DNA of 64,000 nucleotides from Octopus vulgaris (taxonomy: Eukaryota): assembly GCA_951406725.2 (NCBI GenBank), contig OX597822.1, positions 77,190,001 to 77,254,000 on the forward strand, in the 5' to 3' direction. The translations under genes and the position numbers were made by a program. This document shows positions 15,575-29,377 of this stretch, piece by piece; the first letter of the stretch is position 1; each line of letters starts with the position of its first letter. The notes under the pieces were generated by a model. The model ran no database searches, had not been told where the DNA came from, and worked only from the letters and a program-made list of their open reading frames with translations.

Positions 15575-15996
15575 TTTTACTCTTTTACTCTTTTACTTGT
15601 TTCAGTCATTTGACTGCGGCCATGCTGGAGCACCGCCTTTAATCGAGCAACTCAACCGCGGGACTTATTCTTTTGTAAGCCCAGTACTTATTCTATCGGT
15701 CTCTTTTGCCGAACCGCTAAGTAACGGGGACATAAACACACAAGCATCGGTTGTCAAGCAATGCTAGGGGGACAAACACATACACACAAACACAAACACG
15801 CATATATTTATATATATATATATACATATATACGACGGGCTTCTTTCAGTTTCCGTCTACCAAATCCACTCACAAGGCTTTGGTCGGCCCGAGGCTATAG
15901 TACAAGACACTTGCCCAAGGTTCCATGCAGTGGGACTGAACCTGGAACCATGTGGTTGGTAAACAAGCTACTTACCAAACAGCCACTCCTGCGCCT
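15575..15996 (-). mobile_element. SINE type A
   Basis: Near-identical to the other young copies (54500, 57200). Confidence 0.9.
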
Positions 15997-16010
15997 ATAT
16001 ATACATATAC

Positions 16011-16052
<42 letters not shown>

Positions 16053-16415
16053 CCTTTCTTCTCCCCATTCCCCCTCCTCTTCTCTTTCCTTCGCCCCCCT
16101 CACCCTCACCCCTCATCTCATCTCCCCCTCCCCTCTCTCCCCCTCATCTCTCATCTCTCTCCCCCTTACCTCCCCCTCTTCCCCTCTCCCCCTCATCTCC
16201 TCTCTCTACACTACACCATACGACTTTACACATCACATCATATATACATACACACGTCCAGACCTCTCATACGCACTACATACTCTCTCATACACACACA
16301 CACACTCTTATGTTGGGGCGAGGTCATTTAACCCTATTATCTCCCCTAATTTCGCTCTTGCGTCTCACGTTTGATCTTTGACTTCTGGCCGAAATCAGAT
16401 CGCCATGTTGATTCG

Positions 16416-16608
16416 CTAGCCTCTGCACGCATTTTTTTCTCTCCTTGTTTCTTTCTGTGTTTCTTTTCTGTGTATCTTTCTGTTGAAGAGCGTAGGCTCG
16501 AAACGTAAAAGACTTGTTTTATTTATATTCCTGAGCGCCATACTAATACAATTATTTGTTTGCATTCCACCTGCCTTCGTCTTTTGTCTTTTTTTCATAA
16601 AGCTTCCC
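16416..16608 (+). mobile_element. Second copy of the hammerhead-like-motif repeat (motif 16475-16512)
   Basis: tcttt-CTGTTGA-a-GAGC gtag GCTC-GAAAC-GTA-aaaga, with a 5-bp stem I. Confidence 0.6.
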
Positions 16609-16641
16609 GTTATATATATATATATATATATATATACATAC

Positions 16642-16849
16642 ACGAAGGGATACTGAAAAGTTCTTAACGGTAGATAAAAGAAAATGCAAGAGGATCAGTT
16701 AATTATGATTTTATTCCCCCTCTCAGATTCACACACTTATTACAGTCCTTCAGATTTTGTAAGCCCTATGAAATAACTCGGAAAGTTGGGCCTCTATCCA
16801 GGTCTTTCGCGATACTCTTTAAAGCTAGGAATTTTCCCCCGCTCCCTCG
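16642..16849. mobile_element. Degenerate Tc1/mariner-type MITE
   Basis: Imperfect TIRs acgaagggatactgaaaagttctt and aaagctaggaattttccccgctccctcgt. Confidence 0.45.
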
Positions 16850-16942
16850 TTTTCTCGACAGGTGAGTGAATGTTATTTTTAGGACGTAAACAAACCTACC
16901 TACATTTATATGATATATAAGTACGACCCACACATACAAATA

Positions 16943-16973
<31 letters not shown>

Positions 16974-16999
16974 ACAACACCGATTTTCTGGATACGCTT

Positions 17000-17227
17000 T
17001 TAGTCTTTTACTTGTTTCAGTTATTTGATTACGGCCATGCTGGAGCACAGCCTTTTAGTCGAGCAAATCGACCCCAGGACTTATTCTTTGTAAGCCTAGT
17101 ACTTCTTCTATCAGTGTCTTTTGCCGAACCGCTAAGTTACGAGTGCGTAGGCACACCAGCATCGGTTGTCAAGCGATGTTGGGGGGACAAACACAGACAC
17201 ACAAACATATACACACATGCACATACA

Positions 17228-17271
<44 letters not shown>

Positions 17272-17422
17272 TACGACAGGCTTCTTTCAGTTTCCGCCTA
17301 CCAAATCCACTCACAATGCTTTGGTCGGCCCGAGGTTATAGTAGAATATACCTGCCCAAGGTGCCACGCAATAGGACTGAACCCGGGACCATGTGGTTTG
17401 TAAGCAAGCTATTTACCTACGC
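17000..17422 (-). mobile_element. SINE type A
   Basis: Head, microsatellite and tail present. Confidence 0.85.
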
Positions 17423-17929
17423 TTAATCTTTCATAATCCACACTAACTTGCACCAATGTGTACGTACCAGTATTTCCTTTAATTATTTATGTAAATTTAA
17501 TATTTATTTAATTTAGCGTATGTTGACCAAGGTGACCACCCCTGATTAGGAAAACTCAGTCATCTGGAACGGTTTTAGAACTAAAGCGTCCGGAAATTTT
17601 GTGTATGTATGTATGTATGTATGTATGTATGTATGTATGTATCCCTGCTACCACGTGACACGTGACCATTCTCGTCTGTCCCTTCCATTTCCTTTTTCGC
17701 CTAACCGCTGACTCGTTCAATCACATTACTCGCGCTTCCTTCTCTATTTTCAACATGGCTTGTAATTTTTCCTTTCCTCTTTCCCTCTTCATTTCCATTC
17801 CTATTGGACATTTTCCTTACTTTTGTGTTAATCGTCTTGTCTCAGAGCCACACGGCCTTATTTTGTTTGCATCTTTATTTTATCTTATTTGTATATTGTA
17901 TATTTATTTTATTTTATTTGTATTCTTTT

Positions 17930-18118
17930 ATTCTTTTACTTGTTTCAGTAATTAGACTGCAGCCATGCTGGGGCATCGCCTTTAGTCGAGCAAATCGACC
18001 CCAGGACTTATTCTTTGTAAGCCCAGTACTCATTCTATCGGTCTCTTTTGCCGAACCGCTAAGTTACGAGGACGTAAGCACACTAGCATCGGTTGTCAAG
18101 CGATGTTGGGGGACAAAT

Positions 18119-18196
<78 letters not shown>

Positions 18197-18350
18197 GACG
18201 GGCTTCTTTCAGTTTCCGTCCACCAAGTCCACTCACAAGGCTTTGGTCGGCCCGAGGCTATAGTAGCAGATACCTGCCCAAGCTGCTATGCAGTGGGACT
18301 GAACCCGGAACCATGTGGTTGGTAAGCAAGGTACTTACCACACAGCCACT
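17930..18350 (-). mobile_element. SINE type A
   Basis: Head, microsatellite and tail present. Confidence 0.85.
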
Positions 18351-18518
18351 TGACATTTGTGTAGTGTGTCTTTCCGTCACTGTTCTCAATGTTCACTCTC
18401 TATTCCCAGCACCTTCTCAATTTTAAGCCACCAAAAGTGAACGATATTACCCTTATTGTAAACATCTTTTGGGCGATAACTGACGTTAATTTTCCGTTTG
18501 ATCTTGTGTTTCTGTTTG

Positions 18519-18606
<88 letters not shown>

Positions 18607-18703
18607 GTAAAAAAATACAAACTGGGACAAGAACGTGAAACATTTAGAAGACGATACAAAAAACACGGATCATCTTCGCAATTTCGGCTGATATTGCGTG
18701 TGT

Positions 18704-18792
<89 letters not shown>

Positions 18793-19454
18793 TGTGTGTG
18801 TAGATAGCAGTAACAAGGTATACGATGCAATCTCACATACAGACTCGCACATTTGCTTAGGACCCCGACAACTGCTGGAAACGTAAAGGCACTGTCGTTA
18901 CAGGCTGTATACCAGACTTATCTATCTGTCTCTCGACTGTGTGTATTAAATCTCGTCTTCTCGCAAAAGACTTCCCCTGTCGTTCACTTCACTTTGTCTA
19001 ACCGAGCTTTTTCTCCACGGTATTCAAAAACACGATCTTCGCAAGGTCACTACATCATGTTACACCTTTATTTTCATCACCATACTGAGTTGGGGTTGAT
19101 GCTTGCCGACTTCACACACCAGCTGATCAATGAACTACTCCGAGTATTAATACAACTAAGACAGTAAACTAACTTCTCAATTTTAGCGTCCGTATTTTTG
19201 TCTGTATGTCTGTGCATCTGTGTCTGCAGCCCATGAGTGTCAGAGGTACGAGAACAGAGAGAGTGGCAGGAGTGAGATTCTGCGTTATTCGGTGATTTGA
19301 TTGTATCAGAAACATAGTTTTAATTAAGTTATTGCAACCATTTTCTATTGCTTTTACATACGGAATGTGGTTTTCTAATCTATCATTTATAACTGCCCAA
19401 CGGGCATTTCAGGGAGTGTTCTATACAGTGATGTCTGTTGTTGTGTCTGTCAGT

Positions 19455-19505
19455 CTGCCTGTCTGTATGTATGTATGTATGTATGTATGTATGTATGTAT
19501 GTATG

Positions 19506-19586
<81 letters not shown>

Positions 19587-19606
19587 TTTTATATATACAC
19601 ACACAC

Positions 19607-19641
<35 letters not shown>

Positions 19642-19642
19642 A

Positions 19643-19689
<47 letters not shown>

Positions 19690-19716
19690 CATACATATAT
19701 ATATATATTAATATAT

Positions 19717-19782
<66 letters not shown>
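19455..19782. repeat. Compound (TATG)n/(TA)n/(CATA)n microsatellite abutting the LINE 5' end
   Basis: Seen directly. Confidence 0.95.
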
Positions 19783-21370
19783 AAACTTCCAAGAAAACTG
19801 AAGGAAGGTAAAATAAGCCCTATTCATAAAGGAGGTAGTAGAGCGGAGGCCAAGAACTACAGACCTATCTCTCTGACCTCACACATCAGCAAGGTCATGG
19901 AACGAATAGTCAGAAGAAAACTAATCACCTTCCTTGAGGAAAATGACTTGCTGCCTGACACCCAACATGGTTTCCGACCAGGAAGAAGCTGCTTAACTCA
20001 GCTCCTACAACACTATGACTGGGTGCTGAAACGACTGCTCAACCACTCAAATGTTGAAGTCATATATCTCGACTTTGCAAAGGCCTTTGATAAAGTCGAT
20101 CATGGAATGCTATGTCACAGACTGCGTGGTCTTGGCATAGTTGGAAAATTGGGAGAGTGGCTTCATGACTTTCTGAAGGATAGAAGTCTGGAAAATTGGG
20201 AGAGTGGCTTCATGACTTTCTGAAGGATAGAAGTCAGGTGGTAGTATCCAATGGGGCCACTTCCACTAACACGCAAATAGTGAGCGGTGTTCCGCAGGGC
20301 ACTGTTTTGGGACCACTACTGTTCATAATGGCCCTCTCAAACATGCCCTCAGCCACGCAGAGAGCCACGATCACAAGTTATGCAGATGATACAAAAGTTT
20401 CACAGGCAATACAGAACCCTGAAGACACTAAGCACCTGCAATGTGAGCTGGACAAAATATACAAGTGGGCTGAAAAGAATAACATGCAGTTCAATGCTGA
20501 AAAGTTTCAAGCTCTATGCTATAAGCACGCAAAACTAAATGCAATACCCAACAAATACACTGGACCTGGAGGGACTGCAATCCAAGAGGCACAATCAGTG
20601 CGAGACCTGGGTATTTACATGAGTGACGGTGCAACCTTTCATGTGCATGTTGCTAAATTGGCAATGAAATGTAGGCGGTTGACCGGATGGATTCTTAGAA
20701 CCTTCAGAACAAGAGACCAGGAAACCATGATGGTCCTCTGGAGGACACTTGTCCTAAGCCACTTTGACTATTGCTCTCAGCTATGGTCACCATCCAGTGT
20801 CAAGTTAATCACAGAACTTGTGGTGATCCAACGAAGCTACACGAAGAAGATAGCCTCTGTGCAGCATATAAGCTACTGAGAAAGACTCAAGAAATTGAGA
20901 CTCTATTCCTTAAAGCGTAGGCGAGAAAGATATGCCATAATATACATCTGGAAGATCCTAGAAGGACTTGTCCCAAACTTTGGCATCGAGAGTTACACAA
21001 ATGCCAGAACTGGGCGCCACTGCATAGTGCCAAGGACTCCAAATTTGCCATCAAGATGTAGGACAAGATACTGTGATAGCCTGGGCTTCCGAGGCCCACA
21101 GCTCTTCAATATCCTCCCGAAGAACCTAAGAGACCTGCATGGGGTGGATGCAGATGTCTTTAAAATGAAACTGGATCTCTTCTTGTCAGGTATCCCAGAT
21201 GAACCAACTTCACGGCAGGAGGTGCAGATGAGGGCAGCTGCATCGAACTCTCTCATGCACCAAATGGCAATTGCTAAAACGCATTCGTGAAGTAAAATCA
21301 TGTAGCAACGCCAAATGGCGGTGCCCCAGCATGGCCACAGCTTGTGAGCTGAAACTAGATAAATAAAAAA
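19783..21370 (+). mobile_element. 5'-truncated CR1-group non-LTR retrotransposon (RT domain, C-terminus, 3' UTR); disrupted ORF2
   Basis: Motifs [61 protein letters not shown] and LYSLKRRRERY. A 47-bp tandem duplication (20142-20235) causes a frameshift, there is an in-frame TGA at 20877-20879, the ORF ends at 21290, and a short 3' UTR follows. Confidence 0.92.
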
Positions 21371-21693
21371 TATATATATATATATATATGGGTTTAGTAA
21401 TTTTACATTTTTTTATTTTTACATGAAGGAGGTTCAAGTAATCCGTTGGGATTAAATAGGGATTTGGATGAAATTCCTTTTCATCATTATCATAGTTATA
21501 AAAATATTTTGGGATTTCTTGTAATATTGTTTGCTTTAATTTATTATTTCCAAATATGTTGGGAGATGCTGAGAATTTTATTCCTGCAAATCCTTTAGTT
21601 ACTCCTATTCATATTAAACCTGGGTGCTACTTTTTGTTTGCTTATGCTATTTTACGTTCAATTCCTAATAAGCTATGTGGTGTAGTTAGTTCA

Positions 21694-22290
<597 letters not shown>

Positions 22291-22564
22291 ATTATATATA
22301 TATATACAAGATATATATATATATATAATCAAAGGTACAAAGATGACATATTCCAAGGGTATTCAAAGCTGCAGCGTAATCCAATGGGGGAGTAATTCAG
22401 TGTAAGGAAATCCAAAAATAAGTGCTCCAAGTCATCGATGGACGGACGTAGAAGATCCGTGTGACTGTGCGATATTAGGCAAAGTAATCACACGCGTGCT
22501 TTTCTTGACTATTTTTTTCCTTCTCTCCAGACCTTTCCTCTTTCCAGTTTCTGATGAAGAACAG

Positions 22565-22757
22565 GCCAACAGAAGAAAGAGGGGGAGAAAGTTGTGGTGA
22601 AAGAGTACAGCAGTGATCACCACCACCCCTGCCGGAATCTCATGGAGTTTTTGGTGTTTTCGCTCAATAAACACTCACAACGCCCGATCTGGGAATCGAA
22701 ACCGCGATCCTACGACCGTGAGTCCGCTGCCCTAACCACTGGGCCATTGCGCCTCCA
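22565..22757 (-). mobile_element. tRNA-derived SINE, head type D (tail truncated)
   Basis: Minus strand GGAGGCGCAATGGCCCAGTGGTTAGGGCAGCGGACTC...GGTTTCGATTCCC; same head as at 26598 and 57150. Confidence 0.8.
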
Positions 22758-22787
22758 CGTATACACACACACACACACACACACACG

Positions 22788-22933
<146 letters not shown>

Positions 22934-24275
22934 GAGAGAGACAGAGAGAGAGAGATACGCACATACATACATTTGTATAATGAACGCAGAAAAAAAAATT
23001 TACTTGTCTTGCTGCTGTAGTAAAATGTAATTCTTTTCGACTTATCCACTTGAGTGTTACTCTAAATATTTATTATTCTGATATCTCGTTGGTCCATCGG
23101 ACAGTATAAAGCGCTTTACTCTGCTCGATCAAGCGACTAAATTTCGAGGAAGCTCCAGACTAACTGTTAAGTAGATCAGAAGAAATATATTCTATACGCA
23201 GTACAAACAGGAGAATATAATTTTGTGTATGTGTGTGTGTGTGTGTGTGTGTGTAAATTTACTGAAATCTTTATAAAAATATATATATAACAGAAGATTT
23301 CACGGCATTTCCTTCTAATTTTTTTTCAATATAATTCATTTTCTTATGGTTAAGAAGCTTGCATTGCAGTTACGCTGTTTCGGGTTCAGTTTCAACAGTC
23401 TTCATCTTGAGGAACTGTTTTATTCAGGGGCCTTTTGAACAGGATGGATTAATCGACCTAAAGAAAATTCTGAGTCAACGAATGCCATATGAGTAAATTT
23501 GGTAGACTGGAAATTGCGTGAAAGACAGACGGTTGTGCGTGTGTGTGTGTATGTAAGTGTGTGTGTGTGTAAGTCTGTGTGTGTGTGTGTGTTCTGGATG
23601 TGAACTCATATGTTGAAACATATTTTCCTGTATCTTGGGTGGGTCTTTATGCCAATTATAAGCACACGCACTGGCTCTGTTTCACTTCTTTTGGTTAACC
23701 ATTCAACCAATAACTCATTGATTGTTTCATTAATCGTTCAATCAAGCAATCAATCAATCAATCAATCAGTTAAGTCTGCTTACACACCTGGGGTAGAGAG
23801 AACACATCATTGAAATTTTGCGAATGGCGAGGCAAGTATTTCGACAAATTTTACTGATTGATTGTTTGGCAGAACGATTAATCCAACAATCGATTAGTTA
23901 ATTATCTAAATAGTTAAGCAATTAGCAACAACTACTACTCCCGAAATAGAACAAACCGACATCTAAATTAACTAAAAAATAAGTAGTGAGGTTCCCTCTC
24001 ATTGCTACTCTAAGTTTTGATCAGTATATTTCGTACCCATTTGCTAGAAAGAGAAGGCCGGCATTGTTATACTCTTATTCCCTATTGTTTAAATGTTATT
24101 CCCTAATGTTTAAATGTTCCTTCCTTTTGTTTTTCTCGCTAGTTCTATATTAAAGTTTTCTATTTTTAACTTTCTTTATTACTCTGCTTCCATTTCGCAT
24201 TTCAATAAATACCCGACTCTTTGCAAAAGCTAATTTTATCGACAACAACTTAACGAGTTCGACAGTCAGCCATTC

Positions 24276-24304
24276 TACTACCACCACTACTACTACTGCT
24301 GATG

Positions 24305-24364
<60 letters not shown>

Positions 24365-24377
24365 ATAATAATAATAA

Positions 24378-24440
<63 letters not shown>

Positions 24441-24702
24441 CTCACCACTACCTCCATCACCACCACTACCACCACCAACACCACCTCCACCCCACCGCCA
24501 TCACCACTACTACTACTACTACCACCACCACAATCACTACTACTAGTATTACTGCTACTACAACTACAACCACCACCTCCACTTCCATCACCACCACACC
24601 TCCATCACCACCACTAACACTACTACTACCACCACTACCACTACACCACCACCATTATCACCACCACCACTACAACTACTACTACTACCATCACTACTAC
24701 TG
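24276..24702. repeat. (CTA)n/(ATA)n/(CAC)n trinucleotide tract
   Basis: Seen directly. Confidence 0.95.
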
Positions 24703-24904
24703 ATAACAATGAATAAATGCTTCTGAAAAGAAAAAATAATTGGAGACAGGAAATTGAAGTTAAAATATCGATCTGTTACAAAGGAGACATACGTACCTGT
24801 ACGCGTTCCTTTGGTTTGTGGTTAAAAGGTGAAAGTAACGTGTTTACTACTGATGTGTGGTTGGATAATTAGCGTAGGTGCAATACACTTTTAATCTGTT
24901 ATCG

Positions 24905-25082
24905 TTTACTTGTCCCAGTCATTGGACTGTGGCCATGCTGGGGCACCTGCTTTGGAAGATTTAGTTGAACAAATCGATCCTAGTATTGTTTTAAGCTTGA
25001 TACTTATTCTATCTCGTTTTGCCGAATAGGGACATAAACAAACCAACACTGACTGTCCATCAGAACAAACACAAGACCACAG

Positions 25083-25119
<37 letters not shown>

Positions 25120-25288
25120 CCACACACATATCCATAAACCGAAGGCTTCTTTCAGTTTCCATCAACCATATCACCTCACAAGGCTTTGATTGGCTTGGAG
25201 CTATAGCAGAATGCAATTTCCCAAGGTGGCATACACTGGGGCTGAACTCGGAACCATGTGCTTGGGAAGCAAAGATCTTACCGCACAT
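24905..25288 (-). mobile_element. SINE type A, diverged
   Basis: Reverse-complement match. Confidence 0.75.
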
Positions 25289-25339
25289 TCACGATACATT
25301 TTCTCATAACATGTTACATCGGAGTCACAACTATGTCCC

Positions 25340-26920
25340 AGTCTAGCTTTATTTCTTGTTTTCATACTCCCATATTAATCCTTCATATTTAACTAGAAAT
25401 AAGCACATCTTCCACATTCTAAATCATGTTTCATTTTACTCTATTGTACCAAATCACACACCTAACGAAGATCTTCATATTTTCTTACCTGTATTATTTC
25501 TTCTTACCTGTATTATTTCTTCTGGAGTTTTTTAAGAGTATTTTAACATTTGGAAGTTATTTTCGATCCTTAATAATTTGTGACTGTAATGTCTTCCCTT
25601 AGATTTGATGTCTGGTATAACAATGAAAGGCATTCTTTGGTCGAAAGTAAGATATTGTGGTTTCTTGGATGGTGAACAATGACAAATGGAATATTTCTGC
25701 TTCCTTCTCATTGTAAGAGTTTCCTCGGAAGTTAGGAATATGGATTTGTTTTACCCAGGTTACAACGTTATTTATTACGTTTGTCGGATATGTTTGACAC
25801 AGGATGAATATCTTCAGTTCTTTCGGTCACCTTTCTCTTCTGGCTGAGTTTGTGACTATTGTACATGTACGACTTGCTATATTAAATGGGATATTTCTTT
25901 TAGCATGAGATGGATTGCAAAAGCCTAAATATTAATGTGTGTTCGTGTCTTCACAAGTAGAGATCAGTTATAATTGTTACATTTTCTTTAATTTTCAAAA
26001 TGCCCAGAATATTTTTCGTTTCTATTGTGAAAAGGATCGATACGTGAATGTTATTAATTTATAGAATCTTGTGAGATGTTTTATATTTTTGTTCCAAAAT
26101 AGGAAACAACCATCCTGGAATCTTTTCCAATTTTTTTTTTTATGGGATTGAAACCGCTGGTCAAAAATAATCTCAGGTCGGATAGAATTTTCTTCCAAAA
26201 ATCCTATCACTTGTATTGTTGTGGCACTTCGACGGTCACGACGACGAGGGTTCCAGTTGATCCGATCAACGGAACAGCCTGCTCGTGAAATTAACGTGCA
26301 AGTGGCTGAGCACTCCACAGACACGTGTACCCTTAACGTAGTTCTCGGAGAGATTCAGCATGACACAGAGAGTGAGAAGGCTGGCCCTTTCAAATACAGG
26401 TACAACAGAAACAGGAAGAAAGAGTGAGGGAAAGTTGTAGGGAAGAAGTATAGCAGGGTGTCCCCCACTTGCCGGAGCCTCGTGGAGCTTAAGGTGTTTT
26501 CGCTCAATAAACACCCATAACGCCGGGTCTAGGAATCGAAACTGCAAACCTACGACCGCGAGTCCGCTGTCCTAACCACTGGACCAGTGTGCCTCCACGC
26601 AAATATTGTAAAAGTAGGTGTAACTGTCGTACTCATTATTTTAATTATAATTTGAAAGTAATTTTTGTTATCAAGTAAGAATTGGTTATTTTCTAGCACC
26701 AGCCGTGTCCTTCTGGCATGAATTCTTTGAAGATCTCTTCAGAATTACCTGTAGGTACTGTCTAAAATTCCACTGCTTCCAATCCTAATCAGTGGGACTA
26801 TTTGTGTAGCGATTGGTCACATCAAAATTAGCCAGGATCGTCTGTACATTTACTCTTTCTGGAATGAGGTTTAAAGTTCCTGTAACTCTGATATAAATAA
26901 ACCCTAATCATTGATTTAAG
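25340..26920 (-). pseudogene. Decayed Penelope-like element reverse transcriptase (interrupted by a SINE)
   Basis: Minus-strand translation with frameshifts and stops gives TILANFDVTNRYTN, LVLENNQF...YFQ...MSTTVTPTFTI, QVIGFLEE, NWKRFQDGCFLFW (degenerate YxDD), TDLY and HAKRNIPFNIASRTCTIV. These follow the motif order of Penelope RT and thumb domains. Confidence 0.8.
26220..26598 (-). mobile_element. SINE type D with tail c, inserted into the Penelope RT
   Basis: Flanked by the direct repeat TATTGT (26214-26219 and 26604-26609); removing it rejoins PTFTI|QVIG in the RT frame. Confidence 0.85.
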
Positions 26921-27039
26921 AAAAGATCTCACTGTGAGGAGGGAAACATAAGCAGAAATATTCTCTTTGTCAGCTTAAAGATGCCTTCTAATTCTACACT
27001 AGACATGAAATCTGAGGGAAAATATGACAGTCGAATACT

Positions 27040-27360
27040 GCAACCTTTGCAAAGACGAATTCTACATCAAAAGAAATAACGCAGGTAACAAAATGTGAAA
27101 GCCTTTGTAGTGGAATGTATGATTTGACTAAACTGAATAAGATCAAATAATACCGTGGGAACTATATCGGCCAAACAGAAACAAAACTAAAAAGAACGAA
27201 TAAATTCAGAATCTGCTTGTTAGGAATGTTAATGCGGAGAACTTGGAGACATTTGACTGAATGAGAAATTCAAAATATTACCTTTTCAAAACAAACGACA
27301 GGAATGAGTAATAACGAAAGGCGAAAGAAGAATATTTTCAATAAACCGGAAATAGTGACA
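27040..27360 (+). pseudogene. Decayed Penelope GIY-YIG endonuclease segment, inverted relative to the adjacent RT
   Basis: NYIGQTETKLKR near 27160-27195, followed by FKILPF and RKAKEEYF-like stretches; 27070-27145 resembles the reverse complement of 25430-25500. Confidence 0.65.
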
Positions 27361-27626
27361 ACTGCGAATGAGCAAAATTATTGCAATGAAGATGATAAGG
27401 TTGGTTCGAAAAGATAAAGACAGCGAAAGCAATTACGCAAAATCTCTTCTGCAAGGCCCGGTTTAAATTGCTTCATTCTAAGATTTTTTGTATAATTAAT
27501 AATATTGAATTAATAATCAGTTTTTCAAATGAGTGTATGTGTATGTGTGTATGTGTACGTGTGTCTGTGTGTTTTAGTGTATGTGCGTACATATACATAC
27601 ATACATACATACATACATACATACAT

Positions 27627-27707
<81 letters not shown>

Positions 27708-28585
27708 CACTTCTCTATTTCGATCTCTCTCTATATATATATGGATATATAAACCTATGTATCTGTGTGTATATATAAAACGTATTCGTATATGTATGTA
27801 CGTGTATTTATATATTATTTTCGGGAAAAAAACTTTTAAAGATACTTGTTGATATAATTCAGATATTTACCAAAGAACCTAAACTATGGTCAGGAATCTC
27901 CGCAGACTCTCCCGCTTTGGCATAAGTTAGAAATATGAATAAATTTCATTGTATTTATGAATCTCTGTCATTGCTGACAGCGCGAGCTTACCACGGATTT
28001 AGTAAATGTTACTTAGAGGAATCTTCAAAGAACAAACTCAGAAGTTTTTAATGCTTTAACTTCAATAAAAGATTAAAACAACTTATATAAAACTTGTACT
28101 TACTTTTCCTTGGGACAAATCCTCCCAAAACATTTTCAATAAAAGATTAAATAATATTATTCTGCAAGTATATATGTATATATTAAATATATGGAATGTA
28201 GGTTATAACGATGTATATATTAAATACCAGCTTCGGGTCATTTCTTGTAAATGATATACTACTAGATAGTAAAAGCATTTAGGGAAAGTTGAACAGCAGA
28301 AGGTTTTCAGACTCCATTTATAGAACTGCTTCGGCCCTTAGCTCCCTAAGGGGGTCGAGTGACATCTAGGTCATAAGTCCTCTGCTGCCAAATTCTGTAA
28401 TACAGGTTTTATTGTGGCCATCTTGAATGGTTAACGTGCCCTAGAGCCAAAGTACCGTAGTTGTTGTAGCCTGTTCAACCAAAGAAATTATGGCCTTTGA
28501 AATCTATTTCCATTCCGTAAGCAGATGCACTTTGAACTCTTTTCAGCTGCAGGTGTCTTCTACTATTTATATATGGTGGAGGGGG

Positions 28586-28880
28586 GTGAAGGTGCGTGGC
28601 TTAGTGGTTAGGGTGTTCGGCTCACGATCGTAAGGTCGTGAGTTCGATTCCCGGCAGCGCGTTGTGCCCTTGAGCAAGACGTTTTATTTCACGTTACTCT
28701 AGTCCACTCAGCTGGCAAAAATGAGTAGTACCTGTAATTCACTGAGCCAGCTTTATCACATTCTGTGTCCCGCTGAGTCTTCCCGAGAACTACGTTAGAG
28801 GTACGCGTGTCTGTGGAGTACTCAGCCACTTGCTGATCGGACCAACTGCAACCCGCGTCGTCGTAACCGACGGAGTGCCA
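28586..28880 (+). mobile_element. SINE type C with tail c
   Basis: GTGAAGGTGCGTGGCTTAGTGGTTAGG...GAGTTCGATTCCC...CCTTGAGCAAGAC; the tail ends gtcgtaaccgacggagtgcca. Confidence 0.85.
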
Positions 28881-29270
28881 GTAATGTACACACGCGCACG
28901 CACACATATGTATAATACGTACAGAGTGGCTGGGCAGAATTTTATGCCACCTCGTATAGCTACGCTAGCTCTAGCGATTGATGAAAATGGGATACAAGCC
29001 ACATATCCGCTTACGAGTGACTTTTACGTATAGAATATACAAGTCAGCTTATGTTTTCCTAGAAACAAGGCTTTCACAGTCTAAACAAAGTAACTCAAAA
29101 ACCTCAAGAAGTTTAGCTACATACATTTCTTTGCTGTTGAGGAGCTTAACAGATTTTTAAATCTCCTAAAAACCCCGTGATTTTCGCGAAGTTAACTCTA
29201 GTTTTGAGAAAATCCCAGTGATTCGAACGGATTTATGAAGCTTTAAGCAAGTGAGGAATAAAGAAACACA

Positions 29271-29317
<47 letters not shown>

Positions 29318-29377
29318 TTATGTTTCGAGCATACTTATTAATGCAAACATGTACGCATTATTTCTTCCAAACTGAAA

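Noticed and set aside
19438-19782. N-terminal extension of the LINE ORF
   Set aside because: The ORF caller read through the upstream microsatellite; real homology starts near 19783.
22680-22757. tRNA gene (also 28586-28660, 51061-51135 and similar)
   Set aside because: A and B boxes are present, but each continues into a SINE body and no full cloverleaf is evident.
24302-24703. Signal-peptide / mucin-like ORF
   Set aside because: Pure (CTA)/(CAC) microsatellite translation.
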